Shown in pieces: positions 1 to 12,741 of a stretch of 64,000 bases of DNA. Every line of letters begins with the position of its first letter. Positions within the stretch are counted from its first letter, which is position 1. The notes beneath the pieces were generated by a model. That model ran no database searches. It worked only from the letters and a program-made list of their open reading frames with translations, and was not told the origin of the DNA. A program made the translations under genes and the position numbers. Location of the stretch: positions 241,738,001 to 241,802,000 of the forward strand of contig OZ024743.1 in NCBI GenBank assembly GCA_964016885.1. Direction: 5' to 3'. Source of the stretch: Eledone cirrhosa (Eukaryota).

Positions 1-95
1 AGGCCAGCAATTACCCAATTCAGATCGTAAAGGGACGTAACTATGCTGGAAAGCATGGCGTCCGACCCTCTACCGATACTGCCAATCCACCGCCC
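1..95 (-). mobile_element. tRNA-derived SINE fragment (head plus tail, internally deleted)
   Basis: Reverse complement reads ggcggtggattggcagtatcggtagagggtcggacgccatgc..., matching the SINE copies at 16.5, 46.2 and 61.6 kb. Confidence 0.8.
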
Positions 96-597
96 CTCTA
101 ATGTAAGGAATAATAATGTCCGTTTACAATTGTTTCACTACTCCATATAATGTTTCTGGATCAATCGATTATGAGATTGTTATTGATCTGGTTCAGAGAA
201 AGATAACTGACTTAAATTATATTATGGAGCAGATCTTCAGAACTTCAGATGAGATAATGAAAATATTAATATAGGTAAAATGGAAATGAAATAAAAAATA
301 TAAAATGAAATAAGAGGGTTACGTGTCCGTAACGATTACGTAGTTCACGAAAAGGGTCCTGGAGAGCTTAACTGTATGCTATAAACAAGCATTACGCATC
401 TATCGAGGCTATAGTAGACAAATCTGCCTATGCGTAACAAGATGGCTACTTTTAGGAAATGTATCTTATTAAGTAGAGACGGGTTTCAAGGGAAGTAACT
501 CCTTGAAAAGTTAAATTCACAAAAATGTATAACTAAGATAATGCAAGGGAGCTTAAAAGGGAGCTTCTATGTGACTTTTGATTTGCTTAAATAATGA

Positions 598-629
<32 letters not shown>

Positions 630-664
630 ATGTATATAAATATATATATATATATATATATTTA

Positions 665-992
665 CTAGATCACCCGTGACCCGTTGTGTCATGTTTACTT
701 AAAAATAATGTTCACCTCCCCGCTATCTCTCTCTCTCTCTCTCTCTCCCTCTCTATTTGTCCCTCTTTCAATCTACTCTCTCACAGCCAATCTCTCTTTC
801 TCTCTATCTTTCTCTATATATATTTACGAAGGCACCCGGAAAACCCCCGTATCTCGGGAAGCCGTTCTCCGATTTACGCGAAATTTGTTTTATTACATTT
901 GTATTCCCATTTCAGGGGCAACTTCCCATGACGCGCCGTTTTGGCTGTATTAAATTACAGACGAGACACAATCACAGAGTTTTAGTAGTATA
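665..992 (-). mobile_element. Non-autonomous Helitron-like element, copy 1
   Basis: Minus strand starts tatactactaaaa and ends ...acgggtgatCTAG. Internal sequence (766-990) is homologous to 1747-1990. Confidence 0.55.
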
Positions 993-1648
993 CTAGACCA
1001 CCCGTTTGATCACGTTCAATTAAAAATATTTTTTTAAAAATATTGTTTACTTTAAAATAATTTGTAAATAATTAAAATATACACAGAGATGTATATATAT
1101 TCGAAGGACAAGACTTGTCCTACACTGTTTCAAACTCAATCTTGCTGAGAACTACGTAAAAGGTACGTGTGTCTGTGTGTGCTTATATATATGTATGCCT
1201 GTGTTTGTTTATATATATATGTGTGTGTCTATGTATCTCTCTCTCTATATATATAGGGTGTCCCCAAAAAAATGTATACACACTGATTGAATGCTTTTGA
1301 AGTGTGCATATATTTTTTGGGACACTCTGTATATATATGTGAGTGTGTATGTATATATATGTGTGTGAGTATTTGGGTGTCTGTGACCTATATACTCTGG
1401 TCACAGACACACACATATATATATAGACACACACTTAGAAACCCCTCCTATTTAGCAGGAAATGTCGCTACACATATCCTGTCCTAACACAAGTTATACG
1501 ATACATATGGCTTAATATTCAGTCACCAAATTCGACCTAGATACAGTAATACCGTATTCGATTCTTCGAAGTCAACTGTTATAATGCCATTCAACAACAC
1601 CACCAGCTCTCTCTCTCTTTCTTTTTTTCTTCCATTTTCCCCCTCTGT

Positions 1649-1745
<97 letters not shown>

Positions 1746-1992
1746 CCTTTCAATCTACTCTCTCACAACCACCATCTCCTTACCTCTGTCTTTCTCTCTC
1801 TCTCTCCATTTAGGAAGGTACCCCGGAATACCCCGTATATCGGGAACCCGTTCTCCGATTTACGTGAAAGTTGTTTTATTCTATTTCAGGGGCGACTTCC
1901 TTTCAAAGTATTTTTCCAATTATGCACCGTTTTGGGTGTATTAAATTACAGACAATCACACAATCACACCATTTTAGTAGTATATATAGAGA
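993..1992 (-). mobile_element. Non-autonomous Helitron-like element, copy 2 (tandem, with nested inserts)
   Basis: ctagaccacccgt at 993 mirrors ctagatcacccgt at 665. The right end ttttagtagtatatatagaga gives a TC...tactactaaaa 5' end on the minus strand. Confidence 0.5.
1254..1329. mobile_element. Tc1/mariner-type mini-MITE
   Basis: Imperfect palindrome tagggtgtccccaaaaaaatgtatacac...gtgtgcatatattttttgggacactctg flanked by TA. A related copy lies at 8447-8523. Confidence 0.6.
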
Positions 1993-2039
1993 TGTATTTT
2001 AATTATGTCTCATATAAAATAATACAACTGGCTATCCGC

Positions 2040-2167
2040 AAAATACGTATAGTTAGCACCCCAAACGTATAATTGGGATTATACTAAGGTATATCCTAAA
2101 GTTTGTTGAGTGAGACGGAAACGGAAGCCGGTCGGAATATTGCTTAAAGCTTTCTCTGTTAATGTAT

Positions 2168-2170
<3 letters not shown>
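2040..2170 (+). repeat. Diverged 3' fragment of the hammerhead-bearing repeat at 44.06-45.11 kb
   Basis: tatagttagcacccc...gtttgttgagtgag...agctttctc aligns by eye to 44295-44408. Confidence 0.7.
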
Positions 2171-2249
<79 letters not shown>

Positions 2250-2815
2250 GGAAATCCTACTCTTTCAGAGTACGGCTACTTCTTTGAACTAAAAAAAAAG
2301 ATATATAGATAACTCCAAAAACATGTTATCGATGTTGCTGTCGCTGATGCCGCCTTAGATGGCTCATCAAACCACAAAGTGACTTACTGCAATACTACAC
2401 AGTGTGCAGTTAAGTTTCCCACCTGCTTGTGTCTGGTTGGCCTAGTACGCCTTGTGATGCCGTATTAGCCTACTTGAAGAGTGACACATTTTGGTGCAGA
2501 TGCCACAAGGTGTAAGGGGTTACCAAAGGTGTTATTTCCATGAGTATGACGTCTGCTATGGCTTAGTAGCCAAGCCATTTACGTACTGACACGTCACCAT
2601 TCCCCACAGGTAAGATATTCCGACAGTATGTTGTCCATGACACACATCTATAGAGCAAGTCTGCAAGCACACATGTTGGTGAATGCTTTTACCAAACCAA
2701 CAGCAAAAACGATGACAACCAAAGTCGGCGAGCAGATAATTCTGTTTTACGCCTGTTTCATGCTATTATGTCATCATACAATGAACGTATAAACCCTGTA
2801 AACCTTTCAGGACAA

Positions 2816-3502
2816 CTAAGTTGCAAAGGTATACGTGAGATCAATAAAGAAATTGTACAAATTAAGCTGTTGTTCCTTACACTTCTCCTGCATTTGTCGC
2901 ACCGTGTAGATCATATCTGTAGTGCCACGATATGGACGGAAACTACACTGAGATTCCGGCAGAATGTTGGGGGCAATGTCTATCAGCGGACAATTAAAAA
3001 ATATTCTGGCAAAGATTTTACCAACAACTGATAGTAGTGAGATCCCACGATAGTTGTCACAACCAACTTTGGGTCCCTTCTTGAAGCGGAAGATGAGAAT
3101 GATACCCTCCCAGCCCTGTGGGACTGCATCCTTCAATCCCACCTGGCGGTATATTTTATGCAGCAGATAATGTACTTTAGGGCCACCTTTTTGCAGTATT
3201 TCAGTCACTATACCATCGTCCCCAGGCACTTTTCCAGTATTCATTTGACCCACTGCAGTCTCAACATCTTCCAATGAAGGAGTATCATCAAACTTTTTAG
3301 TGACAGGAGCCTGCTCCTGCCCCTCAATTACGTCGTAATTAACTAGAGATGCGTGGCTTTGGAGGTCATTCAGGGGCTCACGCCGTCTTGCCTTGATTTC
3401 ATCTGGATTTTGCAACACTTTGTTTCCATTCTTTAACCGTAGTAGAGCAAACACTTTGGTGATCATACACTGTACACAGTTCGTTATATAATGTTTTAGC
3501 AT
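2816..3502 (-). pseudogene. RTE reverse transcriptase fragment
   Basis: ORF track 228 aa with RT domain 0-3 motifs. Confidence 0.9.
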
Positions 3503-4014
3503 GCTGAGGCTTGTATATAATGTGCTTTATCACGTCACCATGAATCTTTTGCTACTCAGAGTTCACGCTGCACTCCAGCCTTTCATTCTTTGAAAGTCTT
3601 CTCCAGCTGAGATTTTCCTATACCTTACTTCAAGCATGACAAAAGCTTGTCTAGACACACTTTCTTTTACCTTAGAAGGCTTTCCACTAGTGGTTCATTT
3701 ACAGTAAACCAATCCTGATTTTTTCTCTGCATAACCCAACGTCGTGGCCGCTGCCTCATACAGCTATTTGCTGAAAGATAGACATGCATCATCACATACA
3801 ATTAACTGAACTTCTTCTTGAAATTTCTTTCGTTTTTCTGGGCAAGTCAATTGTGAAACCTTTATACGTGTCTGCACTCTGACATCACCATGCTTTATTT
3901 TTTTCCGAACACGAACACGGAGTGTTGCTCTTAGGAGCCAGTAGTATGTCCAGCACTCTGGTCCCTCTCATGCAACATCTCACAAATCGTTATGCTTTAA
4001 AATAACATAATCAA

Positions 4015-4090
4015 TAATTGTTTCTACTTTAGGCACAAGGCCAGCAATTACCCAGTGCATTACTGGTACTTTATTTTATCGACCCCGTAA
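4015..4090 (-). mobile_element. SINE 3' fragment nested in the RTE LINE
   Basis: aattgtttctactttaggcacaaggccagc...ttttatcgaccccgtaa is the SINE tail. Confidence 0.8.
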
Positions 4091-4250
4091 ATATGCCAAT
4101 AACACGAAAGAGGGTGCATCCAGGGCCCCATGTACTTGTTATTCTGTCTGAACCATGTGTTTCCTATGACAAGATTGAATTCCTGGTACACCTGTAGAAG
4201 AAGAAGTCAAATTTTATTGCATTTCGCATTCCATGACGTCCTATGCTACT

Positions 4251-4830
4251 CTATGTAGAAAAGTCACACCCAACCCAAGTATTCACATCCCCCAACACTA
4301 AAAGTTTGTCATCTCTGTTTACATTTTTCAAGACTATTCTTGGATCTATATAAAATTTAACTATTTCTTCTAGGGGACTTACAAGTGATGGAGCAGCATA
4401 AACACTGACCAACGTCATATAACGGTTACATTGGAGAGGAAGCATAAGTGTCATAATTCGATCGAAGATACCATGCGGAAGCTCTGCTAGGTGTTGCACC
4501 AGGGCGGTTCTTAGAGCAAAACCGACTCCAGCTTCAAAACGCTCATTTTCTGGCTGGCCCTTGTAGAATGAGGTGTATCCTGAGATTGGTTCCTCTAGTT
4601 GGCCTTCCTCAGCTAGTCGTCTTTCAGAGAGAGCGATGAAACACTTTACAAATAAGAGCAGTTCGACGTTCATGATGATTGGAGCCTGGGAAATCAAATA
4701 GCGTGAGCACATACCAGGACCGAATTTTCAAAGATGTCGCTGAAGATGTATTCTGTCCATTGTTTGTGTTAGTAATTTCATTTTCGGTATATATGTATTC
4801 TTCCCACATAAGGGAACAGCCGTCTCCCAC
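4251..4830 (-). pseudogene. RTE AP-endonuclease fragment (frameshifted)
   Basis: ORFs 4624-4830 and 4251-4712 with GVGFAL, TLVSVYA and LVLGDVN motifs. Confidence 0.88.
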
Positions 4831-5371
4831 GGGCTGCTGGCCAGCTTAGATACAGGCAAGCCTTTTTACACCACACATTCTAGGCCCCTCCTAGCTAGCA
4901 TGTGATTAGTGATATCCCTAAAGATGTTTGATGCGTCACTTGGGATGATGCTAAGTCATATCATTGCCTATGTTTGGAGACAAAGCGACCGATATCCTAA
5001 GTCGGTACGAGTGAGCTTGCTACTACGTACTTCCAGCTCGTTAGGCCTGTAAATATCACAACTATCTCCATGGTCGCAGGTCTTTTTAAAATGAAACGTC
5101 TGTTAACCGACCAGGTTCTAAGAAGTTCCTGCGAGTGAATTTGATTATAGTGAGAGAAGCCAAGGCTCAACATAGGTTTGGATTCATTTTCAGATTTTCT
5201 ACCAGAGTTTCGTTAAGGCAAACGTTTGGATGGCCGTTGACTCCGCCCTTTGATGAGTATTGTTTTTCACAAAAAGCTAGCTTAGTGGATTGCTAGTTGA
5301 GTCGCCAACGACCCAACTATGCGACAGGTTGTACTGGTTTACGTGTCACCAGTAGCGGTTGAGAACGCATT

Positions 5372-5405
<34 letters not shown>

Positions 5406-5632
5406 ATAATAATAAATTTCAAGACTAAAATCCAAATAGGGCTCGATAAGGATAAGTATATATCAAATATATAAGAACCGTAGAGCAAATATTTATTAAA
5501 ATAACAGATTCAAGTTTAAGCAAAGAATCGCTGCTTTCACCCTTAACGGGATCTTCTGAAACTAACAAATCCAATCTGTAAACGCAGAAGTGGATATTTA
5601 AAAAAACGTTGCAACCGGAGGAAGACAGGAAG

Positions 5633-5687
<55 letters not shown>

Positions 5688-5689
<2 letters not shown>

Positions 5690-5832
5690 ATGAAAATAAA
5701 AGTTACGGGCGAAAGAGGGTAATATCCATCATCAGTTGTCTGCTAGGAATCATAGGTATTTCTTCGCGGATTCCTAGCAGACAACTGATGAAGGATATTA
5801 CCCTCTTTCGCCCGTAACTTTTATTTTCATTA
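5688..5832. repeat. Near-perfect fold-back inverted repeat (about 64-bp arms)
   Basis: taatgaaaataaaagttacgggcg...gctaggaatc / gattcctagc...cgcccgtaacttttattttcatta, with one visible mismatch. Confidence 0.95.
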
Positions 5833-6315
5833 TACTTAAAAGCAACCACACAGCCCGCCATTTTATTCATGGCCAGTCTGTGGATATGCGAATCTGGCTG
5901 ATCAGTGGATCTGCTAATATGCAGATCTGACTGATCAGCCAGTCTGCTTATATGCAAATCAGGCCGATCAGTCACTGTGTATTTTTGAAAATAGCATATA
6001 TTTACACTAGCTCTGACAGTTTGGCAGGTGAACAGTGAGCTGTACTGGTGAAGGGTGATACCCAGAAACATTAGTATCCCCTAGAGGTCACTATTCTAGG
6101 TGGGAGCACCTAGAATTGTTCATATACTATGCACAAACGGTACAACGAAGAATCTCGTATATCTGGAAGATTTCTTTTACTGTTTTTTTGTATCACACAG
6201 ACACCACGGCCTCGCCTCATAGTGTAAGCAGATAAACATCCAATACAGTCATTTTCTCTTTTACCTGTCGTTTCTTATCATCTGTTTACCCGGGCGAAGC
6301 TGGGTACGTCAGCTA

Positions 6316-6316
<1 letters not shown>
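5831..6316 (+). mobile_element. Non-autonomous Helitron-like element with internal ~33-bp subrepeats
   Basis: 3' hairpin tacccgggcgaagctgggta followed by CTAG-T. 5' tatacttaaaagc. Tandem subrepeats at 5872-5975. Confidence 0.6.
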
Positions 6317-6375
<59 letters not shown>

Positions 6376-6529
6376 GTGTATAGTCTCTTCGTCACTGTAT
6401 CGCAATGAGTTCACTCTGATTAGGTTTTCACACGTTTAATTATTGAGGAAATTCCGAAATAATAGTTGATCCTTCTATGCATTTAGTACTCTGTCCATCC
6501 AAATTTATATTATATTATATATTATATAT

Positions 6530-6579
<50 letters not shown>

Positions 6580-6641
6580 CCGGTCCTAGCAGTGAACTTA
6601 TTTTATATATATATATACATGTATATATATATCTATATCTA

Positions 6642-6719
<78 letters not shown>

Positions 6720-6758
6720 TAACCGGTCCTAGCAGTGAACTTATATATATATATATAC

Positions 6759-6796
<38 letters not shown>

Positions 6797-6890
6797 ATAC
6801 TTTGGGAGGGTCATGTTGCCAATAAGAATATTATTATCGGATTCAACACACGTTTCAGATAAAGAATCTTGCTAAACAAATTAAGAAACG

Positions 6891-6927
<37 letters not shown>

Positions 6928-7158
6928 GAAACACACAGATACATGCGGACACACACATATATACATGAATGCATCCGCACCCAACTGTGAGTTAAGGGTG
7001 CCAACTTCACCGATGTTGCTCAATGAATGACTGGGACAGACTAATTCAGTTTGAACCAGACTGAACCAGTATCAGAGTTAAAAATACATTATGAAGAGAG
7101 AAGAAACATTTAGATATAATTAGTAATAAAATGTATCATACCTAAACTGTTCCTAAAT

Positions 7159-7246
7159 TCCTCGACTACGTAGTTTCGTGGCATAAACAAAAACAATATA
7201 TCAAAGATATAGAGTCCTTGCGAGGTCTGCCGACTTATCAAGAGGA
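7159..7246 (-). ncRNA. Type I hammerhead ribozyme motif (U3-A8 core variant), copy 1
   Basis: Reverse complement: tcctc-TTGATAA-gtcggca..tgccac-GAAA-ctacgtag-TC-gagga. Confidence 0.8.
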
Positions 7247-7749
7247 TACCTCATTTTACTAGTCTCAAGAACGCGTCTACACGACGTGAGAAAGAATCCC
7301 AAAAGGCGGAGGGGGAGACAGTCACGCGATATAACGGTCGAGAAACAGAGCTAAGCCTCTTATAACCACGAAGAAAATACCACGGAGGCGGAGGGGGTAT
7401 TCATATCGAGGCCGTAGAAGAGGTAGTGAAGAAGGCGAGAAGTATGAGTAATGGAAGCTTTCCAGTTGTCCCCACACTTCAAAGATTGCTCGACCAGAGG
7501 GAGTTATTAATATATTTAGAAACACACAGATACATGCGGACACACACATATATACATGAATGCATCCGCACCCAACTGTGAGTTAAGGGTGCCAACTTCA
7601 CCGATGTTGCTCAATGAATGACTGGGACAGACTAATTCAGTTTGAACCAGACTGAACCAGTATCAGAGTTAAAAATACATTATGAAGAGAGAAGAAACAT
7701 TTAGATATAATTAGTAATAAAATGTATCATACCTAAACTGTTCCTAAAT

Positions 7750-7837
7750 TCCTCGACTACGTAGTTTCGTGGCATAAACAAAAACAATATATCAAAGATA
7801 TAGAGTCCTTGCGAGGTCTGCCGACTTATCAAGAGGA
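7750..7837 (-). ncRNA. Type I hammerhead ribozyme motif (U3-A8 core variant), copy 2
   Basis: Identical to copy 1, 591 nt away. Confidence 0.8.
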
Positions 7838-8232
7838 TACCTCATTTTACTAGTCTCAAGAACGCGTCTACACGACGTGAGAAAGAATCCCAAAAGGCGG
7901 AGGGGGAGACAGTCACGCGATATAACGGTCGAGAAACAGAGCTAAGCCTCTTATAACCACGAAGAAAATACCACGGAGGCGGAGGGGGTATTCATATCGA
8001 GGCCGTAGAAGAGGTAGTGAAGAAGGCGAGAAGTATGAGTAATGGAAGCTTTCCAGTTGTCCCCACACTTCAAAGATTGCTCGACCAGAGGGAGTTATTA
8101 ATATATTTAGAAACACACAGATACATGCGGACACACACATATATACATATATACAGACTGTCTCCCCCTCCGCCTTTTGGGATTCTTTCTCACGTCGTGT
8201 AGACGCGTTCTTGAGACTAGTAAAATGAGGTA

Positions 8233-8320
8233 TCCTCTTGATAAGTCGGCAGACCTCGCAAGGACTCTATATCTTTGATATATTGTTTTTGTTTATGCCA
8301 CGAAACTACGTAGTCGAGGA
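8233..8320 (+). ncRNA. Type I hammerhead ribozyme motif (U3-A8 core variant), inverted copy 3
   Basis: Stem I tcctc 8233-8237 / gagga 8316-8320; core TTGATAA 8238-8244; GAAA 8302-8305; palindromic stem III ACTACGTAGT; GUC with predicted cleavage after 8315. Confidence 0.8.
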
Positions 8321-8389
8321 ATTTAGGAACAGTTTAGGTATGATACATTTTATTACTAATTATATCTAAATGTTTCTTCTCTCTTCATA

Positions 8390-8439
<50 letters not shown>

Positions 8440-8446
8440 TTACATA

Positions 8447-8523
8447 CGGAGTGTCCTACAAAAAACATACACGCTTTTATTAGAATGCTGTTGAAGTGTT
8501 TATACATTCTTTGGGACATGCTG
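8447..8523. mobile_element. Tc1/mariner-type mini-MITE (diverged)
   Basis: cggagtgtcctacaaaaaacatacac...gtgtttatacattctttgggacatgctg, similar to 1254-1329. Confidence 0.5.
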
Positions 8524-8530
8524 TGTATGT

Positions 8531-8566
<36 letters not shown>

Positions 8567-10469
8567 ATATATATATATTTATACACATATACATATCCAA
8601 CTCTCCTCAGCAATTCACACTAGAGCTCTCTTTTCTTAAGTATGTAACAACATTTTCATCTCTGCTACAACACTCCGATTGATAATTTTGCTATCTAGAA
8701 GTGTTGCAAGAGTCTAACGTTTCACTCCATATTGTTCGATGCAATATATATTTAAAAACTAAAGTGGTTTACAAACAATCCTCCCAATGTGGAAATATAT
8801 AAATCAGGTCAACATTTCAAAGAAGAATCTGCAGTATTTATCATATTTATTAAATATCTTTTAAAGGAAATCGTAACACTTAGATCTGACATATTACTAT
8901 AATCGAATACCATCCTTCCAGCATCATACAAAACCTTATGTAGATCTGTAATTATACATAAAAGAACACCTGATCAGAACACCTGGAACTGTGTTATTTT
9001 TGTCAAATGTCATAATTGTCGAGTAGTAACTCAATACGTCAACAATGAATTTTGTCATTCATCCTTATTCATCCTTGTTTGTAAGCTGGTATAAATTGAT
9101 TATTGATCAATAGGTTAGGTAAAACTGCCTTAAAGTAAAACAAGTTGGCTATTTCTAAATCCTTTTTTTTAATTAATAGCCATAACCGTATTTTCAATAT
9201 ATGAGATATTTTGTTCATGGTGGAAGTTCTGGTGAAAAGCGCGACATTTTTTATTATACTTTAAAAGGACAACTGAAAATATAACTCAAGACTCATCTGT
9301 CTCAACATGCGGTGACTATAAACAAAATAGACTAGAGATTGACACTGAATATGCAAGTTTCGAGCTGAAGAATAACATGTAAGTGTCCTTTTGTAATGGA
9401 AATATAGGCGTTAAAATGTATTGAATTCCAAAGAAAGAGGCTAACATTTATCGTAGTAATTAAACATAGTAGCTTTTTTATTTGTTTAACATTGCTGGGT
9501 GGTATACAACGTGTTGTTACAAACTTTGGAGTTCGAAGCTGAACTGGGTTCAAACAGGTGTTTGTTGAGGAAGAGATTTGCTATTGTTCAATGTCTCTTA
9601 AGTCTCTTAATAACAGGAATACATTTTGTTGTTAATTGTTCTATCCATAACTTGTTACAAAGCAAATACAGCATACGTCCCTCGAAAGACTAATCTTATA
9701 AACTGAAATAAGTAATTATCACCTTGAAAGCTGTATCTCTTGTGGACATTGTGAAGGGGAATCTGATGTTACGCCGCTTTCAGATCCAGGTTGCTGCAGA
9801 ATACAATATATTGGGAGAAAAGGAATGCAAGAGCTATTCAATATAAGTCGATAGGATCTGAAAATCAATAGTAATTTATTATTAAATGCTCGTCGATATC
9901 AAAGCGTTGTTTTATTACTGGTTCTTTATAAGACCAACTATGTTGACCCAAGACAGACTGGGGGCACAATAATACCAAAGTTGTTTAGTCTGTCTTTTTC
10001 TAATGAACAATTCATGAAATTGAGAAAAATACGAAAATCAGTAACAATTTGTTCCAAAGCTTTGTATACATGGAACAAAATACGAGAAAGGAATCATCAA
10101 CATAGGAACCAGTCGAGCAAATTTACAATATTATTTTTACTGGTTCTCACAGTTTGAATATAACAAAGATCTGTCAAGTAAGAAAATCATATCACAGAAT
10201 TATAATGGAACACACGTTAGGAAAACATTGTAATACATATTTTAAAAGATAAAATAAAAACACTTTAGATGCTTGAAATAGAGAAAGATGAACAAAACTG
10301 TAGTCTATTTAGATTGAGGTGCCAGGCCAAGTTGAAGGCATTGTTGCAATGTTTGAAGTGATAAATTCTTGTAAGCATACTCGTATATGTAATATGTGGC
10401 ATTACATATATGTATGCATATGTATATGTGTATGCTTGCATTTGTACAATTACATACACACATATTTAT

Positions 10470-10574
<105 letters not shown>

Positions 10575-11272
10575 ATACATACATTAGACATAATAAAACG
10601 CTGGAAATTAAAAAAATATTGATCGAAACCTTGGAAAGATCTGTGGTTTCTTTTTTGTACATCTACTAATTTTTATTTTATATTATTTTTATTTTTTCTC
10701 ATACCTATCTGGATATCTAATCGAATGTGTTATTGTGCGAGTTAACATATAGGACATATTAAGATATGCTGAGACGATAAAAGTGCCTACTTGATGCCTC
10801 TTATAAAGGCTATTTAGATGTGTTTACCGTTTGAAGATACATTGACGTGTTCATAGCGATCAGGTCATATATGTAAGCTGAAATACTTTGATATGAAACA
10901 TAATGAGAAGAGTGACGTATGTGAGTATCTATTACGTATGTATATAAATATATATGGATATGGGCTTGTGAGAGTGTGTCTGTGTGGGTGTATGTTTGTG
11001 AATGTTGTGTGTGTGTGTTTTTGGCGTATGCTCCCGTTTACACACACACACACACACACATACAACATATATATATAGAGGAGAATACGTGTGCGTATGT
11101 GTGTGTCTGTGTGTGTCTGTGTGTCTGTGTGTCTGTGTGTGTACAATGTGTATGTGTGTATCTATATTGAAGTATTTTAATAGAAAGATATATCTCGCTG
11201 CTAAATTATTATAATAACACTTTAAACGCGCATTTAAATCTCCATTCGAAAATGTGAAGTTACGCATGCGTG

Positions 11273-11303
<31 letters not shown>

Positions 11304-11321
11304 AACACACACAAAGACACA

Positions 11322-11423
<102 letters not shown>

Positions 11424-11829
11424 TATATGCATAATCCTTTTTATATTAAATGTGCAAGTTTATGCCAGTATGCATGCACTTATAAATACACACACGCACA
11501 TACACATATATAAACATACAAACTTACACGTGCATTATTCTTTCATTTTCCCCTGCATATATATAAATTTTCTTATATTTGTGTGTGTATATGTGAACAT
11601 AGGAACGTATATACCTATATATGTGTATGTCTATGCTTTTACTATTCATATGTATATTATACGCGGGCGTATTTCTGAATATTCTATGTAAAGCTGCCAG
11701 ATTCTATGTCTGCCTTTGTATGTGTTTGTGTGTTTGTTTGTTTGTGTCTGTGGGCGTGTAGGTGTGTGTGTATGTACGTATTTGTGCAAGCGTGTGTCTG
11801 TTCAAACATGTATGTAAATACTGCTGTTG

Positions 11830-12250
11830 CCAAGATTCTTACTGTGGTCACTGGTCTGGCCAACAAAAACCTCTCCCTCCCTTCAACTTCCATATAGTCT
11901 ATATTCACTCTCCAACAACAAACATCATACTCTCTGAAACTCCCATTTCTTTTGCCAACCACATTTCATCTCTATGATATCATCCCCAACCACGCACACG
12001 GTACAAATACTTCTCCATTATTGTTACTTGTCAAGTTAAGTTGAACTACTGCTATCACGCTTTATGCGGATCTGGCCATCAACTGATACCATTATGAAGA
12101 TAGTCTGGCCGTTTTCCTTTAGCCCAGAAGGGAATGCAAGTTTTTTTCTGTTTGATTGCCACGCTGAAATTGTCTGATGGACCAAATTAAAATGGCTGAA
12201 TATAGACACTTCCTTAGCCAAGCCCTCATAAACATTTTCAAGTTTCACTT
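11830..12250 (-). pseudogene. Possible highly decayed Ty1/Copia integrase remnant
   Basis: Frame-hopping minus-strand translation gives SNNNGEVF (cf. SDNGGEF), NG-VSESM (cf. QNGVSERM) and RFLLARPVTTV (cf. FWAEAVTTA) in the expected order. Confidence 0.35.
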
Positions 12251-12554
12251 GAAAGGAAATTGAAGGTAGAGAAGGAAGAGCTGCCTTTTAGCAAATATGT
12301 TGAAAATGGATGAAAATGGATGTGAATGAGTCAACTCTGAGCATGCACCAGTAGATTAGAGGGAAATCGGAAGACACTTGCCTTTGTGGTTCAAAGAGAC
12401 CGTGACCTTTTGGGGATTTTTCCACACGTAGCCCCCGTATGTCCCTACCTGCCACTCCTGAGGAATTCTATTTGATTGATTTTATTGTTATCCACTTTGA
12501 ATTTGTTTTCGTTATTTCACCATTTTAATATGTTGTTATGTAAATCCGCGCTGT

Positions 12555-12707
12555 AAGTGATCGGTTGTGATACTATAATAATTGTTTCTACTTTAGGCAC
12601 AAGGCCAGCAATTACCCAGTTCAATAAAGTACCAGTAATGAACTGGGTAATTGCTGGCCTTGTGCCTAAAGTAGAAACAATTATTATAGTATCACAACCG
12701 ATCACTT
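12555..12707. repeat. Perfect 69-bp inverted repeat built from a SINE tail plus flank, 15-nt spacer
   Basis: 12555-12623 is the exact reverse complement of 12639-12707. Confidence 0.95.
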
Positions 12708-12741
12708 TGTTAAATAATTGTGGTTAATGAAGAAATTATCA

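Larger units (their letters stand above)
2310..5375 (-). mobile_element. Decayed RTE-clade (BovB-like) LINE with internal RT deletion
   Basis: APE endonuclease remnants (ERRTALI, ALSERRLAEEGQLEE, LLVLGDVN), RT N-terminus (KVPGDDGI, DNYRGISLLS, ILPESQCSFR, FFIDLT) and a C-terminal zinc-finger remnant GLMSHLRRH near 2350-2380. Many stops and frameshifts. Confidence 0.9.
6921..8395 (-). mobile_element. Non-coding 591-bp tandem repeat (2 units plus partial) followed by a 240-bp inverted copy; PLE pseudo-LTR or retrozyme-like
   Basis: Exact 591-bp period (identical ORFs at 7322 and 7913). 8156-8395 is the reverse complement of 7675-7914. Each copy carries a hammerhead motif, and the whole is embedded in (TA)n. 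Confidence 0.85.

Noticed and set aside
5784-5815. CTGATGA within the 5.7-kb hairpin as a hammerhead
   Set aside because: No downstream GAAA, stem III or cleavage triplet on the same strand.
6411-6470. ctgatta..gaaa hammerhead-like spacing (similar weak cases near 5530-5560, 56525-56555 and 62990-63020)
   Set aside because: Core mutated and stems I/III do not pair convincingly, so these cannot be separated from chance by eye.
8600-10260. 1.6 kb non-microsatellite stretch as a possible gene or transposase
   Set aside because: No ORF over about 75 aa and no motif I could recognise. Probably an old transposon relic and needs a translated search.
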